From assembly GCA_026705295.1 (NCBI GenBank), contig JAPPBA010000155.1, forward strand, positions 670 to 64,669: 64,000 bases of DNA. The letters are read 5' to 3'. Every line of letters begins with the position of its first letter. Positions within the stretch are counted from its first letter, which is position 1. This document shows, in pieces, positions 1 to 10,844 of the stretch. Below the pieces are notes generated by a model. That model worked only from the letters and a program-made list of their open reading frames with translations, was not told the origin of the DNA and searched no databases. The position numbers and the translations under genes are program-made. The DNA comes from Candidatus Palauibacter australiensis (lineage in GTDB: Bacteria > Gemmatimonadota > Gemmatimonadetes > Palauibacterales > Palauibacteraceae).

Positions 1-941
1 ACCGGCCACACGGGACCGCCGAACAGGGGCCCGATCGCCAGGCAGCAGGCGCCGCTCACCACCATGCTCCAGCTCGTCACGGCGGTCCGGCCCACGCGGT
101 CGGCGAGGATGCCGGCCGCGGCGGCGCCCAGCCCTCCGGCGGCGATCGTCGCGAAAGCCAGGTACGAGGCGAGGGAGGGGGTCGTGCCCGCGCTCGAATC
201 GGCTGCGAAGCTCGCCGCCAGGAAGGCGGGGATCCACGTCCACATCGCGAAGAGTTCCCACATGTGCCCGAAATAGCCGCCGTTGGCGAGCATCGTCGCC
301 CGGTCGGCGAACATGCGCCGCACGGCGCGCGGATCGAAGGGCGCGGCCGGCGCCTGGTGGGGGCCCGCCCGGAGCCCGGTCGCGGCGAGCACCGCCGCCA
401 CGACCGCGAGGCCCGAGGCGAGCAGGAGCACCGGCCGCCAGGCGCCGATCCCTCCGAGCGGCCGGAGCAGATGGGGCATCGCGCTCCCCACCGCGAGGGC
501 GCCGATGAGGATCCCGATCGCCATCCCGCGCCCGGCGCGAAACCACCCGGCGACCATCTTCATCCCGGGCGGATAGACGCCCGCCAGGGCGACCCCCGTC
601 ACGAACCGGAGGACGATGGTGAGGCCGAGACCGTCCGCGAAGAGGGCGATCGCGGCGGTGGCGGCCGCGCCGAGGAGGGCGGACCCCGCGATGAGCCGGC
701 GCGGGTCCCACACGTCCGAGAGCGTGAGCAGCGCCGAGAGGACGGCGCCCGTCGCGAAGCCGAGTTGCACGGAGGTGGTGAGCCAGGCCGCCCCGGCGTC
801 GTCCAGCCCCCACGCCTCGCGCAGCTCCGGCACGACCGCGCTGGCCGAGAACCAGAGGCTCATCGCGAGCAGATCGACCAGCGCGAGCAGCGCGAGTTGT
901 CCCGCCCCCCGCGCGCCGGTGTCCGGAGAGCGCGGGGTCAT
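1..941 (-). CDS. MFS transporter (C-terminal part runs off the window edge)
   Basis: Not in the ORF track because it is open at the window edge. Manual minus-strand translation from the ATG at 941..939 gives MTPRSPDTGARGAGQLALLALVDLLAMSLWFSASAVVPELREAWGL...RFVTGVALAGVYPPGMKMVAGWF...GILADRVGRTAVTSW. It has many hydrophobic helices and MFS-like loop motifs. Confidence 0.75.
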   Translation of the reverse strand, partial: MTPRSPDTGARGAGQLALLALVDLLAMSLWFSASAVVPELREAWGLDDAGAAWLTTSVQLGFATGAVLSALLTLSDVWDPRRLIAGSALLGAAATAAIALFADGLGLTIVLRFVTGVALAGVYPPGMKMVAGWFRAGRGMAIGILIGALAVGSAMPHLLRPLGGIGAWRPVLLLASGLAVVAAVLAATGLRAGPHQAPAAPFDPRAVRRMFADRATMLANGGYFGHMWELFAMWTWIPAFLAASFAADSSAGTTPSLASYLAFATIAAGGLGAAAAGILADRVGRTAVTSWSMVVSGACCLAIGPLFGGPVWP

Positions 942-989
942 GAGCGTCGGCGGCGGCGGGCGGGCGATGGCGTCGGTCGGTCCTCTCGG

Positions 990-2975
990 CTAGCCCTCGC
1001 TGTCGGCGAACTGTTGCTGCAGGCTTCGCACGACTGCGGGGTCGGCGAGCGTCGTCGTGTCGCCCAGCGCCCGTCCCTCCGCCACGTCGCGCAGGAGGCG
1101 CCGCATGATCTTCCCGCTCCTCGTCTTCGGCAGTTCGGCGGCGAAGATGAGGTCGGCCGGCCGCGCGATCGCGCCGATCTGCGCCGCCACGTGCCCCCGC
1201 AGCTCCTGCCGCAGCGCCTCGGACGTCTCCGTCCCCTCCACCACGCTCACGAACGCGGCCACCGCCTGTCCCTTGATCTCGTCCGAACGCCCCACGACCG
1301 CGGCCTCCGCCACCGCCTCGTGGTCGACGAGCGCCGACTCCACCTCCATGGTCCCGATCCGGTGGCCGGCCACGTTCAGCACGTCGTCCACGCGGCCCAT
1401 GATCCAGTAGTAGCCGTCCTCGTCCACCCGCGCCCCGTCGCCCGGGAAGTAGATGTCGGGCCACTTCGACCAGTACGTCTCGCGGTAGCGTGCCTCGTCT
1501 CCCCACACCCCCCGCAGCATCCCCGGCCACGGCGACGTGATGGCCAGGTAGCCGGACTCCGCCGGGTTCCCGTCCTCGTCGAGGATCGCCGCCTCGATGC
1601 CGGGGAAGGGGACCGTCGCCGTCCCCGGCTTCGTGGTGATCGCTCCGGGGAGCGGCGTGATCATGATCCCGCCCGTCTCCGTCTGCCACCACGTGTCCAC
1701 GATCGGGCAGCGGCCGCCGCCGATGTGGCGGTCGTACCACACCCACGCCTCGGGGTTGATGGGTTCGCCCACCGTCCCGAGCAGCCGGAGCTTCGAGAGG
1801 TCGTAGCCCGCCGGCCAGTCGTCCCCCCACCGCATGAAAGCGCGGATCGCCGTCGGCGCCGTGTAGAACACCGTCACCGCGTAGCGCTCGCACAGCTCCC
1901 AGAAGCGGCCCCGGTCGGGCCAGTCGGGCGATCCCTCGTACATCACCACCGTCGCCCCGTTCGCGAGCGGGCCGTACACGATGTAGGAGTGGCCCGTCAC
2001 CCACCCCACGTCCGCGGTGCACCAGTAGATGTCGTCCTCCCGGAGGTCGAACACCCACTTCGCGGTCGCGGTCACGTGCGTCATGTAGCCGCCGGTCGTA
2101 TGCATCACGCCCTTCGGCTTCCCCGTCGTCCCGGAGGTGTAGAGGATGTAGAGCAGGTCCTCCGAATCCATCGGCTCGGCGGGGCCATCGGCGTCCGCCG
2201 CGGCGATCAGGTCGTGATACCAGTGGTCCCGGCCCGCGGTCATCGCGCACGACGGCGTGTCCACCCGGTCGCCGTGGGGCGCGGCCCCGGGGTCGGTCAC
2301 GGCGGAGCGCTGCACGACGACGACGCTCTTCACGTAGTCGAGACCCTCGATGGCCGCGTCCGTGCTCGCCTTGAGAGGGATGATCCCGCCGCGTCGATAT
2401 CCGCCGTCCGCCGTGATCACGCAGGTGGCGTGGGCGTCCTCGATCCGGTCGCGAAGGGACTGGGGCGAGAAGCCTCCGAAGACGACGGAGTGCGGAGCGC
2501 CGATGCGCGCGCAGGCGAGCATGGCGACGGCGGCCTCCGGAACCATCGGGAGATAGATCGCGACCCGGTCCCCCTTCCCGACGCCGAGCCCCCTGAGCGC
2601 GTTCGCGAAGCGGCACACCTCCTCGTGCAACTCGCGGTACGTGTAGCGCCGCACGTCGCCCGGCTCGCCCTCCCAGATCAGCGCCGTCTTCGAGCCGCGC
2701 GCTTCGAGGTGGCGGTCGAGACAGTTGTACGCGGCGTTGAGCGTGCCGCCCACGAACCACTTCGAGAAGGGAGGATCCCACTCCAGCACCGTGTCCCAGG
2801 GCGAGAACCAGTCGAGCCGGCGCGCCCACGCCTCCCAGTACGCCTCGCGGTCCCGGCCGGCCTCGTCGTAGGGGCCGCGATCGCCCACGTGGGCGGCCGC
2901 GACGAAGTCCGCCGACGGCTCGAAAGTCCTCTGTTCGTCCAGCAGGACATCGATTTCCCGGTGCTGTTCTGTCAT
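990..2975 (-). CDS. acs: acetyl-CoA synthetase (AMP-forming)
   Basis: The 753-aa ORF 990..3251 is trimmed to the internal ATG at 2975 ([21 protein letters not shown]...). It has the AMP-binding signature [12 protein letters not shown], a C-terminal [13 protein letters not shown] motif, and a length of 661 aa typical of Acs. Confidence 0.95.
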   Translation of the reverse strand: MTEQHREIDVLLDEQRTFEPSADFVAAAHVGDRGPYDEAGRDREAYWEAWARRLDWFSPWDTVLEWDPPFSKWFVGGTLNAAYNCLDRHLEARGSKTALIWEGEPGDVRRYTYRELHEEVCRFANALRGLGVGKGDRVAIYLPMVPEAAVAMLACARIGAPHSVVFGGFSPQSLRDRIEDAHATCVITADGGYRRGGIIPLKASTDAAIEGLDYVKSVVVVQRSAVTDPGAAPHGDRVDTPSCAMTAGRDHWYHDLIAAADADGPAEPMDSEDLLYILYTSGTTGKPKGVMHTTGGYMTHVTATAKWVFDLREDDIYWCTADVGWVTGHSYIVYGPLANGATVVMYEGSPDWPDRGRFWELCERYAVTVFYTAPTAIRAFMRWGDDWPAGYDLSKLRLLGTVGEPINPEAWVWYDRHIGGGRCPIVDTWWQTETGGIMITPLPGAITTKPGTATVPFPGIEAAILDEDGNPAESGYLAITSPWPGMLRGVWGDEARYRETYWSKWPDIYFPGDGARVDEDGYYWIMGRVDDVLNVAGHRIGTMEVESALVDHEAVAEAAVVGRSDEIKGQAVAAFVSVVEGTETSEALRQELRGHVAAQIGAIARPADLIFAAELPKTRSGKIMRRLLRDVAEGRALGDTTTLADPAVVRSLQQQFADSEG

Positions 2976-3174
2976 GGAATCGCTCGAATGGGAGGGGAGA
3001 GACGGACGGGCGCGCTTGTCATGGAGCCGCCGGCGACGCCATCTAGTGTCGACCCGGTGTCGACACGAACGGGCCGGCCGGGGGCCGCGTGGCGTGACAG
3101 TAGCGTGACAGTAGACGACGCCCGGCGGCGCAGGCAAGAACCCGGCGCCCCGGCGCGACGAAGCACGGAGTTTC

Positions 3175-3495
3175 ATGACCGAAGACACGCTGGCCCTGAT
3201 CCTGATCATCGCCGGATCGCTCGGCGCGCTCATCGCCCTCGCCTTCGGCATCTGGGTGGGACTCGGCTCTCCGGGGCTCTACGACAAGCATGCGCCGACG
3301 GGAAGGGCGCCGCGCGAGTCGCCCTGGCGCTGGTTGCTGGGGGGACGGCAGCGCGCCCGTTCGAGCCGCTTCGACGCGGTAATGCGGGAAGCGGAAGGCG
3401 AAGAGGGGGAAGACGAGAGGGGGGACGAGGGGGAGGAGCCCGAGCGGTACTCGCCGAAACCGGACTTCAGCCGGGGGCGGCGCTTCCAGCGATGA
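3175..3495 (+). CDS. small membrane protein, hypothetical
   Basis: 106 aa with one clear TM helix ([25 protein letters not shown]) followed by a charged E/G/R-rich tail. It ends 10 nt before the CDF gene start and is divergent from acs. Confidence 0.45.
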   Translation: MTEDTLALILIIAGSLGALIALAFGIWVGLGSPGLYDKHAPTGRAPRESPWRWLLGGRQRARSSRFDAVMREAEGEEGEDERGDEGEEPERYSPKPDFSRGRRFQR

Positions 3496-3505
3496 GTCCG
3501 AAGCG

Positions 3506-4378
3506 GTGAATTCGCCGGCGGACCGCCACGCACGGGTGCGCCGCATACTCCGGTGGGTGCTGCTCGCGAACGTGGCGGTGATCGCGGCGAAGCTGATCGT
3601 GGGGCTCCGCTCGGGGTCGATCGCCGTGCTGGGCGACGCGGCCCACTCGGGCGTGGACGCGATCAACAACGTCGTGGGTCTCGCCGCGATGCGCCTCGCG
3701 GCCGCCCCGCCGGACGCCGAACACCCCTACGGACACGGCAAGTTCGAGACGCTCGCGGCGCTTGCCGTGGCGGCCTTCCTCTCGGTCACCTGCTTCGAAC
3801 TCGTTCAGAGCGCCTTCGAGCGCCTCATCCGCGGCGGCGCTCCGCCGGATCTCGAACCGGCGATGATGATCTTGCTCCTCGCGGCCCTCATCGTGAACGG
3901 GGCGGTCGCCCTCGGCGAGGCGAGGGCGAGCCGGAGGCTGTCGAGCGACATCCTCGCCGCGGACGCCCGGCACACGGCGTCCGATGTCCTGGTGACGGCG
4001 GGAGTTCTGGTCGGGCTCGCGATCACCGACTGGACCGGCTGGGCCCCGGCCGACGCATGGCTCGCCCTCGCCGTGGCGCTCGTCGTGGCTCGATCCGGAT
4101 ACAAGATCTTCCGCGAGACCATCCCCGTCCTCGTCGATGAACGGGCCGTCGATCCGCGCGAGATCGAAGACGTGGCGGGCCGCGTGTCCGGCGTGCGCGC
4201 CGTGACCCGGGTCCGCTCGCGCGGCAAGTCGGTCGGGCGCTTCGCGGAACTCACGATCCGGGTCGCGCCCGAGGAAACGGTGGTCAGTGCGCACGAAATC
4301 GCCGATGAAGTGGAGCGGCGGGTCGCGGCCCAGATCGGCTTCACCGACGTGACCGTGCACGTCGAACCGCACGGCTAG
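3506..4378 (+). CDS. cation diffusion facilitator (CDF) family metal efflux transporter
   Basis: GTG start. CDF signature region LGDAAHSGVDAINNVVGL...HPYGHGKFETLAAL, about 6 TM segments, and a C-terminal cytoplasmic domain. Confidence 0.88.
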   Translation: MNSPADRHARVRRILRWVLLANVAVIAAKLIVGLRSGSIAVLGDAAHSGVDAINNVVGLAAMRLAAAPPDAEHPYGHGKFETLAALAVAAFLSVTCFELVQSAFERLIRGGAPPDLEPAMMILLLAALIVNGAVALGEARASRRLSSDILAADARHTASDVLVTAGVLVGLAITDWTGWAPADAWLALAVALVVARSGYKIFRETIPVLVDERAVDPREIEDVAGRVSGVRAVTRVRSRGKSVGRFAELTIRVAPEETVVSAHEIADEVERRVAAQIGFTDVTVHVEPHG

Positions 4379-5067
4379 CCCGCGGTCGCGTCGACCGCGT
4401 CGGCCACGTCGACCACCCAGAGGCAGTGATCCTCCCCCAGGGTTTCGCACCGTGGGTGTGAGACGTCGCTCTCGACTGCCCGATACGTCCGGAACGACTC
4501 GTCGATGATCCCGGACAGGATCTCGCAGCCGCGTCCGTCCTTGGCCGCTGTGGCCAGCAGTGGGAGGCCGCGCCGGATCACGAGCCCGTTCAACCCCTTC
4601 TCCATCCGGATCTCCGAGGAGGGACTGAGGCGGCGGGCGATCTTCTTCGCTTGCCCCCAGGCGAGGATCCGCCGGAGACCGAGGGGGATCAGCCGCCACC
4701 CGAAGCGCAGCATCACGCGCCCGCCGGGGCCGAAGGCCTCACGCGTGATCCGGCGTCCCGTGGAGGCGAAGATCTCCGGAGCATCGACCCGCCGCGCGAC
4801 GAGTTCGAACAGGCTCGCGACTTCGGCGGCGGGCACGTCCCCGCCCTCCTCCTCGTAACGGCGAATCTGCTTGAGCACGACGCTCGACAGCCCCAGCCGC
4901 CGGCGCAGGTTCAGGGAGAGGTCCATTTCCTCGAGTTCCCGCGGATCTTCGGGGGTATCGAGGTCTTTGAGGGTCAGCAGAAGGGCGAGCGGAATGCGAA
5001 CGGGGATCTCGCCCTCGAGCTCCCCGTCTTGTGCGCGCGGAGAATCAACCGGCATCATGGGTCGCAA
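4375..5067 (-). CDS. hypothetical protein, possible V4R (4-vinyl reductase-like) small-molecule-binding domain
   Basis: 230 aa with ordinary amino-acid composition. The C-terminal ...GCEILSGIIDESFRTYRAVESDVSHPRCETLGEDHCLWVV resembles the V4R pattern E-x-x-C-x-x-x-G-x-x-x-C-x-F/W. Recognition is from memory only. Confidence 0.45.
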   Translation of the reverse strand: MRPMMPVDSPRAQDGELEGEIPVRIPLALLLTLKDLDTPEDPRELEEMDLSLNLRRRLGLSSVVLKQIRRYEEEGGDVPAAEVASLFELVARRVDAPEIFASTGRRITREAFGPGGRVMLRFGWRLIPLGLRRILAWGQAKKIARRLSPSSEIRMEKGLNGLVIRRGLPLLATAAKDGRGCEILSGIIDESFRTYRAVESDVSHPRCETLGEDHCLWVVDVADAVDATAG

Positions 5068-5123
5068 GGCTACGGCGGTACTTCCGGGCCTGCAAGCGGC
5101 GCCGGACGCCGGAGCCCCCCTTT

Positions 5124-5543
5124 ATGGGAGGCGTCATGAATGCACCCGTCTCGAAGGAAACCACTCACGCCGTGCTCCGGGTCACCGCCGGCCTCATGTT
5201 GTGGCAGCACGGAGCCCAGAAGCTCCTCGGCATGTTCGGAAGGGACGCCGTCGGAAACTGGTTTTCCTGGCCGGTGGGCATCGCGGGACTCATCGAGTTC
5301 TTCCTGCCGATCCTCATCATCCTCGGGATCCGGACGCGCTGGGTCGCCTTCGTCCTCACGGGGCACTTCGCGGTTGTCTACTGGTGGCGCCACTTCTTCG
5401 CCCGCGAGATGGAGTTCTGGCCGATCGTGAACGGCGGAGAACTGGCCGTCCTGTACTGCGCCATCTTCCTCTTCCTGTGGACGACGGGAAGCGGAAAGTT
5501 CAGCCTCGACGACAGGGTTCCCGGTCCCGGCCGGGAGAGCTAA
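5124..5543 (+). CDS. DoxX family membrane protein
   Basis: ORF 5031..5543 is trimmed to M32 (alternative ATG at 5136) to avoid overlap with the convergent gene. Sequence: VLRVTAGLMLWQHGAQKLLGMFG...GLIEFFLPILIILGIRTRWVAFVL...GGELAVLYCAIFLFL. Confidence 0.8.
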   Translation: MGGVMNAPVSKETTHAVLRVTAGLMLWQHGAQKLLGMFGRDAVGNWFSWPVGIAGLIEFFLPILIILGIRTRWVAFVLTGHFAVVYWWRHFFAREMEFWPIVNGGELAVLYCAIFLFLWTTGSGKFSLDDRVPGPGRES

Positions 5544-5559
5544 GCGTCGCAAGTTGTTC

Positions 5560-5814
5560 GGCCGCCGTTCCGGCCCCATTTTGTGCGGCCGGACGGCGGC
5601 CTCCGCAGGGTGCCGCCGTCTCGGTTTTTGCCACGGGCTGCCGGCAGGCCGTGGCAAAACCCCGCGTCAGCGCCGAGAGCGGCGAAGCGCTCGCCTGACA
5701 AGGAGCGACGAGGGAGCATAGCAGCGCTACGTGACCGAGGAGCGACGCAGAGCGCAGCGTTTCAGGCGAGATGCAGCGCCGCTCGAACGCAGCGGGGCTT
5801 TTGCCACGGCCTGC
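5560..5814. repeat. structured intergenic element upstream of leuS (two long hairpins, direct and inverted repeats, 16-nt motif)
   Basis: Hairpin 1: 5560..5575 GGCCGCCGTTCCGGCC pairs with 5587..5601 GGCCGGACGGCGGCC. Hairpin 2: 5623..5636 GGTTTTTGCCACGG pairs with 5649..5661 CCGTGGCAAAACC. Motif TTTTGCCACGG(G/C)CTGC occurs at 5626..5641 and 5799..5814. AGGAGCGACG occurs twice. CTCGCCTGA/TCAGGCGAG is an inverted repeat. Confidence 0.7.
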
Positions 5815-5859
5815 TAATCTCCCCGGCGTGATCCCGTAGACGGAGCGGACCCGCGACCC

Positions 5860-8355
<2,496 letters not shown>

Positions 8356-8403
8356 CGCGGCGTCAGCTTCGAGCCCGACCCCAGGGCGTCCGCCGCCCAC
8401 CGC

Positions 8404-8691
8404 CTACCACTCGACGGACCCTTCCGCGCCGGTGTCGATGGGGGCGGCGGTGCCCTCCTCGCCGAAGAGGTGGATCCTCAGGTTCTTGTAGAGGAACTCG
8501 CGCGCCGCGGCTTCGTGGAGCTTGAGCCCGTAGTGGTTGATGAGGAGCATTTGCCGCTTCTTCCACTCCTCCCAGCAGGGGGCGCAGATCTCGGCCACGA
8601 TCCGCTCGCCGAGCGCGCTCGGGAACGGGAAGCGCTCGATCCGGCCCTGGTCGTCGCGGCCGCAGCGCACGCAGACAAACGGTTCCGTCAT
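8404..8691 (-). CDS. yggX: Fe(II)-trafficking / oxidative-damage protection protein YggX
   Basis: Trimmed to MTEPFVCVRCGRDDQG...; CAPCWEEWKKRQMLLINHYGL matches the YggX pattern (W..W...Q.MLINE). Its start overlaps the upstream stop in an ATGA. Confidence 0.85.
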   Translation of the reverse strand: MTEPFVCVRCGRDDQGRIERFPFPSALGERIVAEICAPCWEEWKKRQMLLINHYGLKLHEAAAREFLYKNLRIHLFGEEGTAAPIDTGAEGSVEW

Positions 8692-9746
8692 CTCGAACCC
8701 TCCCGAACCACCAGGCGCGTCAGGGCCTCCCACGGGTCGCCGGATTCGGCCTCCCGCATCAGCGCTTCAACGGAGGGCACCAGGCCGCCGTGCGACTCGT
8801 ACACGCGCTCGAAGTCGTCCAGTCTCGTGTAGTACAGCAGGCGCGAGATCATCCACGCGTTGTCGAGACCGTCCGGGTCGATCGAGCCGTACTGCGCGTG
8901 CAGCCGCGGCTTGTACTCCGTCTCGAAGCGATGGGCCGCCGCCTCGAACACCTCGCGTTTGGCCGCCCGCTTCGCGTCGTCGGGCATGGCGGAGGCGTAC
9001 ACCTCCTCCAGCGGCGCGAGGATGGAATGGAAGAAGTCGCCGAACAGGCGCGTATCCTCCCACCTCCACCGCGCCCGCACGCAGGCGCTCTCGTCCGCCA
9101 CCGCCTCGCAGAAGAACTCGATGGCGCCGCGGTAGCCGACGAAGTTCGCGAAGCTCTCGTTGAAATCGGCCTGGCCGGTGGGGAAGTACGTGCTGTGCGT
9201 GATCTCGTGGATCACCGTCTCGACGATCCCGAGGCTGTCGAGGCGCAGCGTCGTCGACATGATGGGGTCGGGGAACCAGCCCAGCGTCGAGAAAGCGGCG
9301 ACCGGCCGCACCGAGACGTCGTAGCCTTCCTCGGCCAGGCCGGCGGCCTCCGCGTGGGCGTCCTCGAAGTCGAAGTATCCCTTGTACGGGACGTGGCCGA
9401 CGATGGGGAACCACCACGTCTTCCAGCGGAGATCGAACTCCGGGGCGGCGAGCACGATCAGGACCAGCGTGTCGCGGTGGAGTTGCGTGAACGACTCGTA
9501 GCTCGCCCCCGCGCGCAGCCCCAGGTCGCGTTCGGCGAAGTCTCTCGCGTCGAGGACGAGCCGCAACTTGTCGCGGGTCTCGCGGGCCACGGTCGTGTCG
9601 TGGATCACGGCCCGAATGGGACGGCGCGCCGAGAGGATGCGGGCCTCCTCCCAGCCGGCGCGCAGGACGTACGCCGGCGAGCAGCCGCCCGCGCACAGCA
9701 GGAGCAGCAGGAGCGCGGTTCTCCAGCGCGCCGCGCTCACGCGCAC
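8688..9746 (-). CDS. predicted aminopeptidase (zinc-dependent, DUF2265-like), lipoprotein-type signal
   Basis: This is the C-terminal part of ORF 8688..11189, with a GTG start at 9746 or 9740 (VRVSAARWRTALLLLLLCAGGCS). It has the HEITH metallopeptidase motif (VIHEITHSTYF). Its start overlaps the methyltransferase stop. Confidence 0.8.
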   Translation of the reverse strand: MRVSAARWRTALLLLLLCAGGCSPAYVLRAGWEEARILSARRPIRAVIHDTTVARETRDKLRLVLDARDFAERDLGLRAGASYESFTQLHRDTLVLIVLAAPEFDLRWKTWWFPIVGHVPYKGYFDFEDAHAEAAGLAEEGYDVSVRPVAAFSTLGWFPDPIMSTTLRLDSLGIVETVIHEITHSTYFPTGQADFNESFANFVGYRGAIEFFCEAVADESACVRARWRWEDTRLFGDFFHSILAPLEEVYASAMPDDAKRAAKREVFEAAAHRFETEYKPRLHAQYGSIDPDGLDNAWMISRLLYYTRLDDFERVYESHGGLVPSVEALMREAESGDPWEALTRLVVREGSR

Positions 9747-10834
9747 TTCACGTAGTGGAGGTGTTCCCGCACGTCGTCGCGCAGGTAGCTCCGCCGCGGG
9801 CCGTCGGCGTCGCTCCGGTAGCGGCGGTAGGGCCGGTGGTGGAACGCGTAGGTGTCGGGCAGGCCGCGTTCGCGCAGCGCCTCCTCGATCGCGGCGCGGG
9901 CCAGGTGCCCCTCGTCGTTGTAGCTGAACAGGATGTGGCGTCCGTCCGCGGCCTCCAGCACCTCCCGCAGCGCGTCCGGAGCCCGGTGCTTGCGGCACCA
10001 GTCCGAGCGCTGCGCCTCGTCGGGTATGAGTCCCGTCTTTCCGCGGATCTCCGGCGGCGTGGCCCAGCCGAGCGCGAGGAGTTCGGGGATGTGATAATAC
10101 GCGGGATATTGCCGGCCGTTGTAAGGGGGGTCGAGATAGACGAGATCGACGGGACCGACGGATTCCAGGAGGCGGGCGGCGGGTCCGCGAAACGCGCTGC
10201 AGGCGCCGGCCCCTTCCTTGCGCGGGGTCGGTTCGATGGGGCGGAGTTCGAGCGCGCGCAGGGCGTTCGGCTGCATCGTCTTCACGAACGAGGCGTACAC
10301 GCCTGTCGTGTTCGCCACGCGGTCGGCGGCCTCGATGAGCGTCGCGATCAGGAGCTGCGCCGCGGCTTCGCTGTGGGAGGTCCCGCGCATCCAGCGTTCG
10401 ATCCGCGTCCGGACCGCGTCGATCTTCCGTCCGTTCTCGGGAGAGAAGTACATGCGCCCGTGCTCGCGGCCGGTGGTTTCGTCGCTCGTGTAGTGCTCGG
10501 AGATGAACCCGCGGCGGTCCGGCCCGTCGAGGTCGGCCAGCCCTTCGAGCAGGGCGCGGTAGCCGATCTCCCGCCTCCCGTTGCGGGCCGCCGCCGGGAG
10601 GAGCGAGGCAGGGTAGCGCGGGGGCGCGTCCAGTTGCACCCGCGCGATCTGGAGGGCGTAGGAGGACGCCATCAGGTCGCCCGCGTGGACCTGCCAGCCC
10701 TTCTCCTTGAGCGCCGCCGACACGCTGGCGGTGCCGGCGAACGGGTCGCAAGCGACGCCGGGCGCCTCCTGGAACCGGTCCACGGTCTCCAGCAGGAAGG
10801 GGACGAGCTTCGTTTTGTTCCCGAGATAGCGCAC
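9737..10834 (-). CDS. DNA adenine methyltransferase, Dam/D12 class (N6-adenine)
   Basis: ORF 9737..11185 is trimmed to the GTG at 10834 (V-RYLGNKTKLVPFLL). It has motif I-like DPFAGTASVS, catalytic VYLDPPYNGRQY, and ILFSYND. No endonuclease-like neighbour is present. Start placement is uncertain. Confidence 0.85.
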   Translation of the reverse strand: MRYLGNKTKLVPFLLETVDRFQEAPGVACDPFAGTASVSAALKEKGWQVHAGDLMASSYALQIARVQLDAPPRYPASLLPAAARNGRREIGYRALLEGLADLDGPDRRGFISEHYTSDETTGREHGRMYFSPENGRKIDAVRTRIERWMRGTSHSEAAAQLLIATLIEAADRVANTTGVYASFVKTMQPNALRALELRPIEPTPRKEGAGACSAFRGPAARLLESVGPVDLVYLDPPYNGRQYPAYYHIPELLALGWATPPEIRGKTGLIPDEAQRSDWCRKHRAPDALREVLEAADGRHILFSYNDEGHLARAAIEEALRERGLPDTYAFHHRPYRRYRSDADGPRRSYLRDDVREHLHYVKCA

Positions 10835-10844
10835 GCGGGAGAAT

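Noticed and set aside
264-3509. 1081-aa ORF on the + strand spanning the acs locus
   Set aside because: It runs antisense to a clearly recognisable acetyl-CoA synthetase. Its composition is dominated by R/G/P/A/H/D with no motifs. This is a typical open antisense frame in high-G+C DNA. The same reasoning applies to 5500..7185, 15411..17777, 20437..21657, 45614..47332, 50711..51847, 52191..53999 and similar ORFs.
5583-5831. 82-aa + strand ORF inside the leuS upstream element
   Set aside because: It is composed largely of R/A/P/S, and its reading frame runs through hairpin arms and repeats. The region is better explained as structured non-coding DNA.
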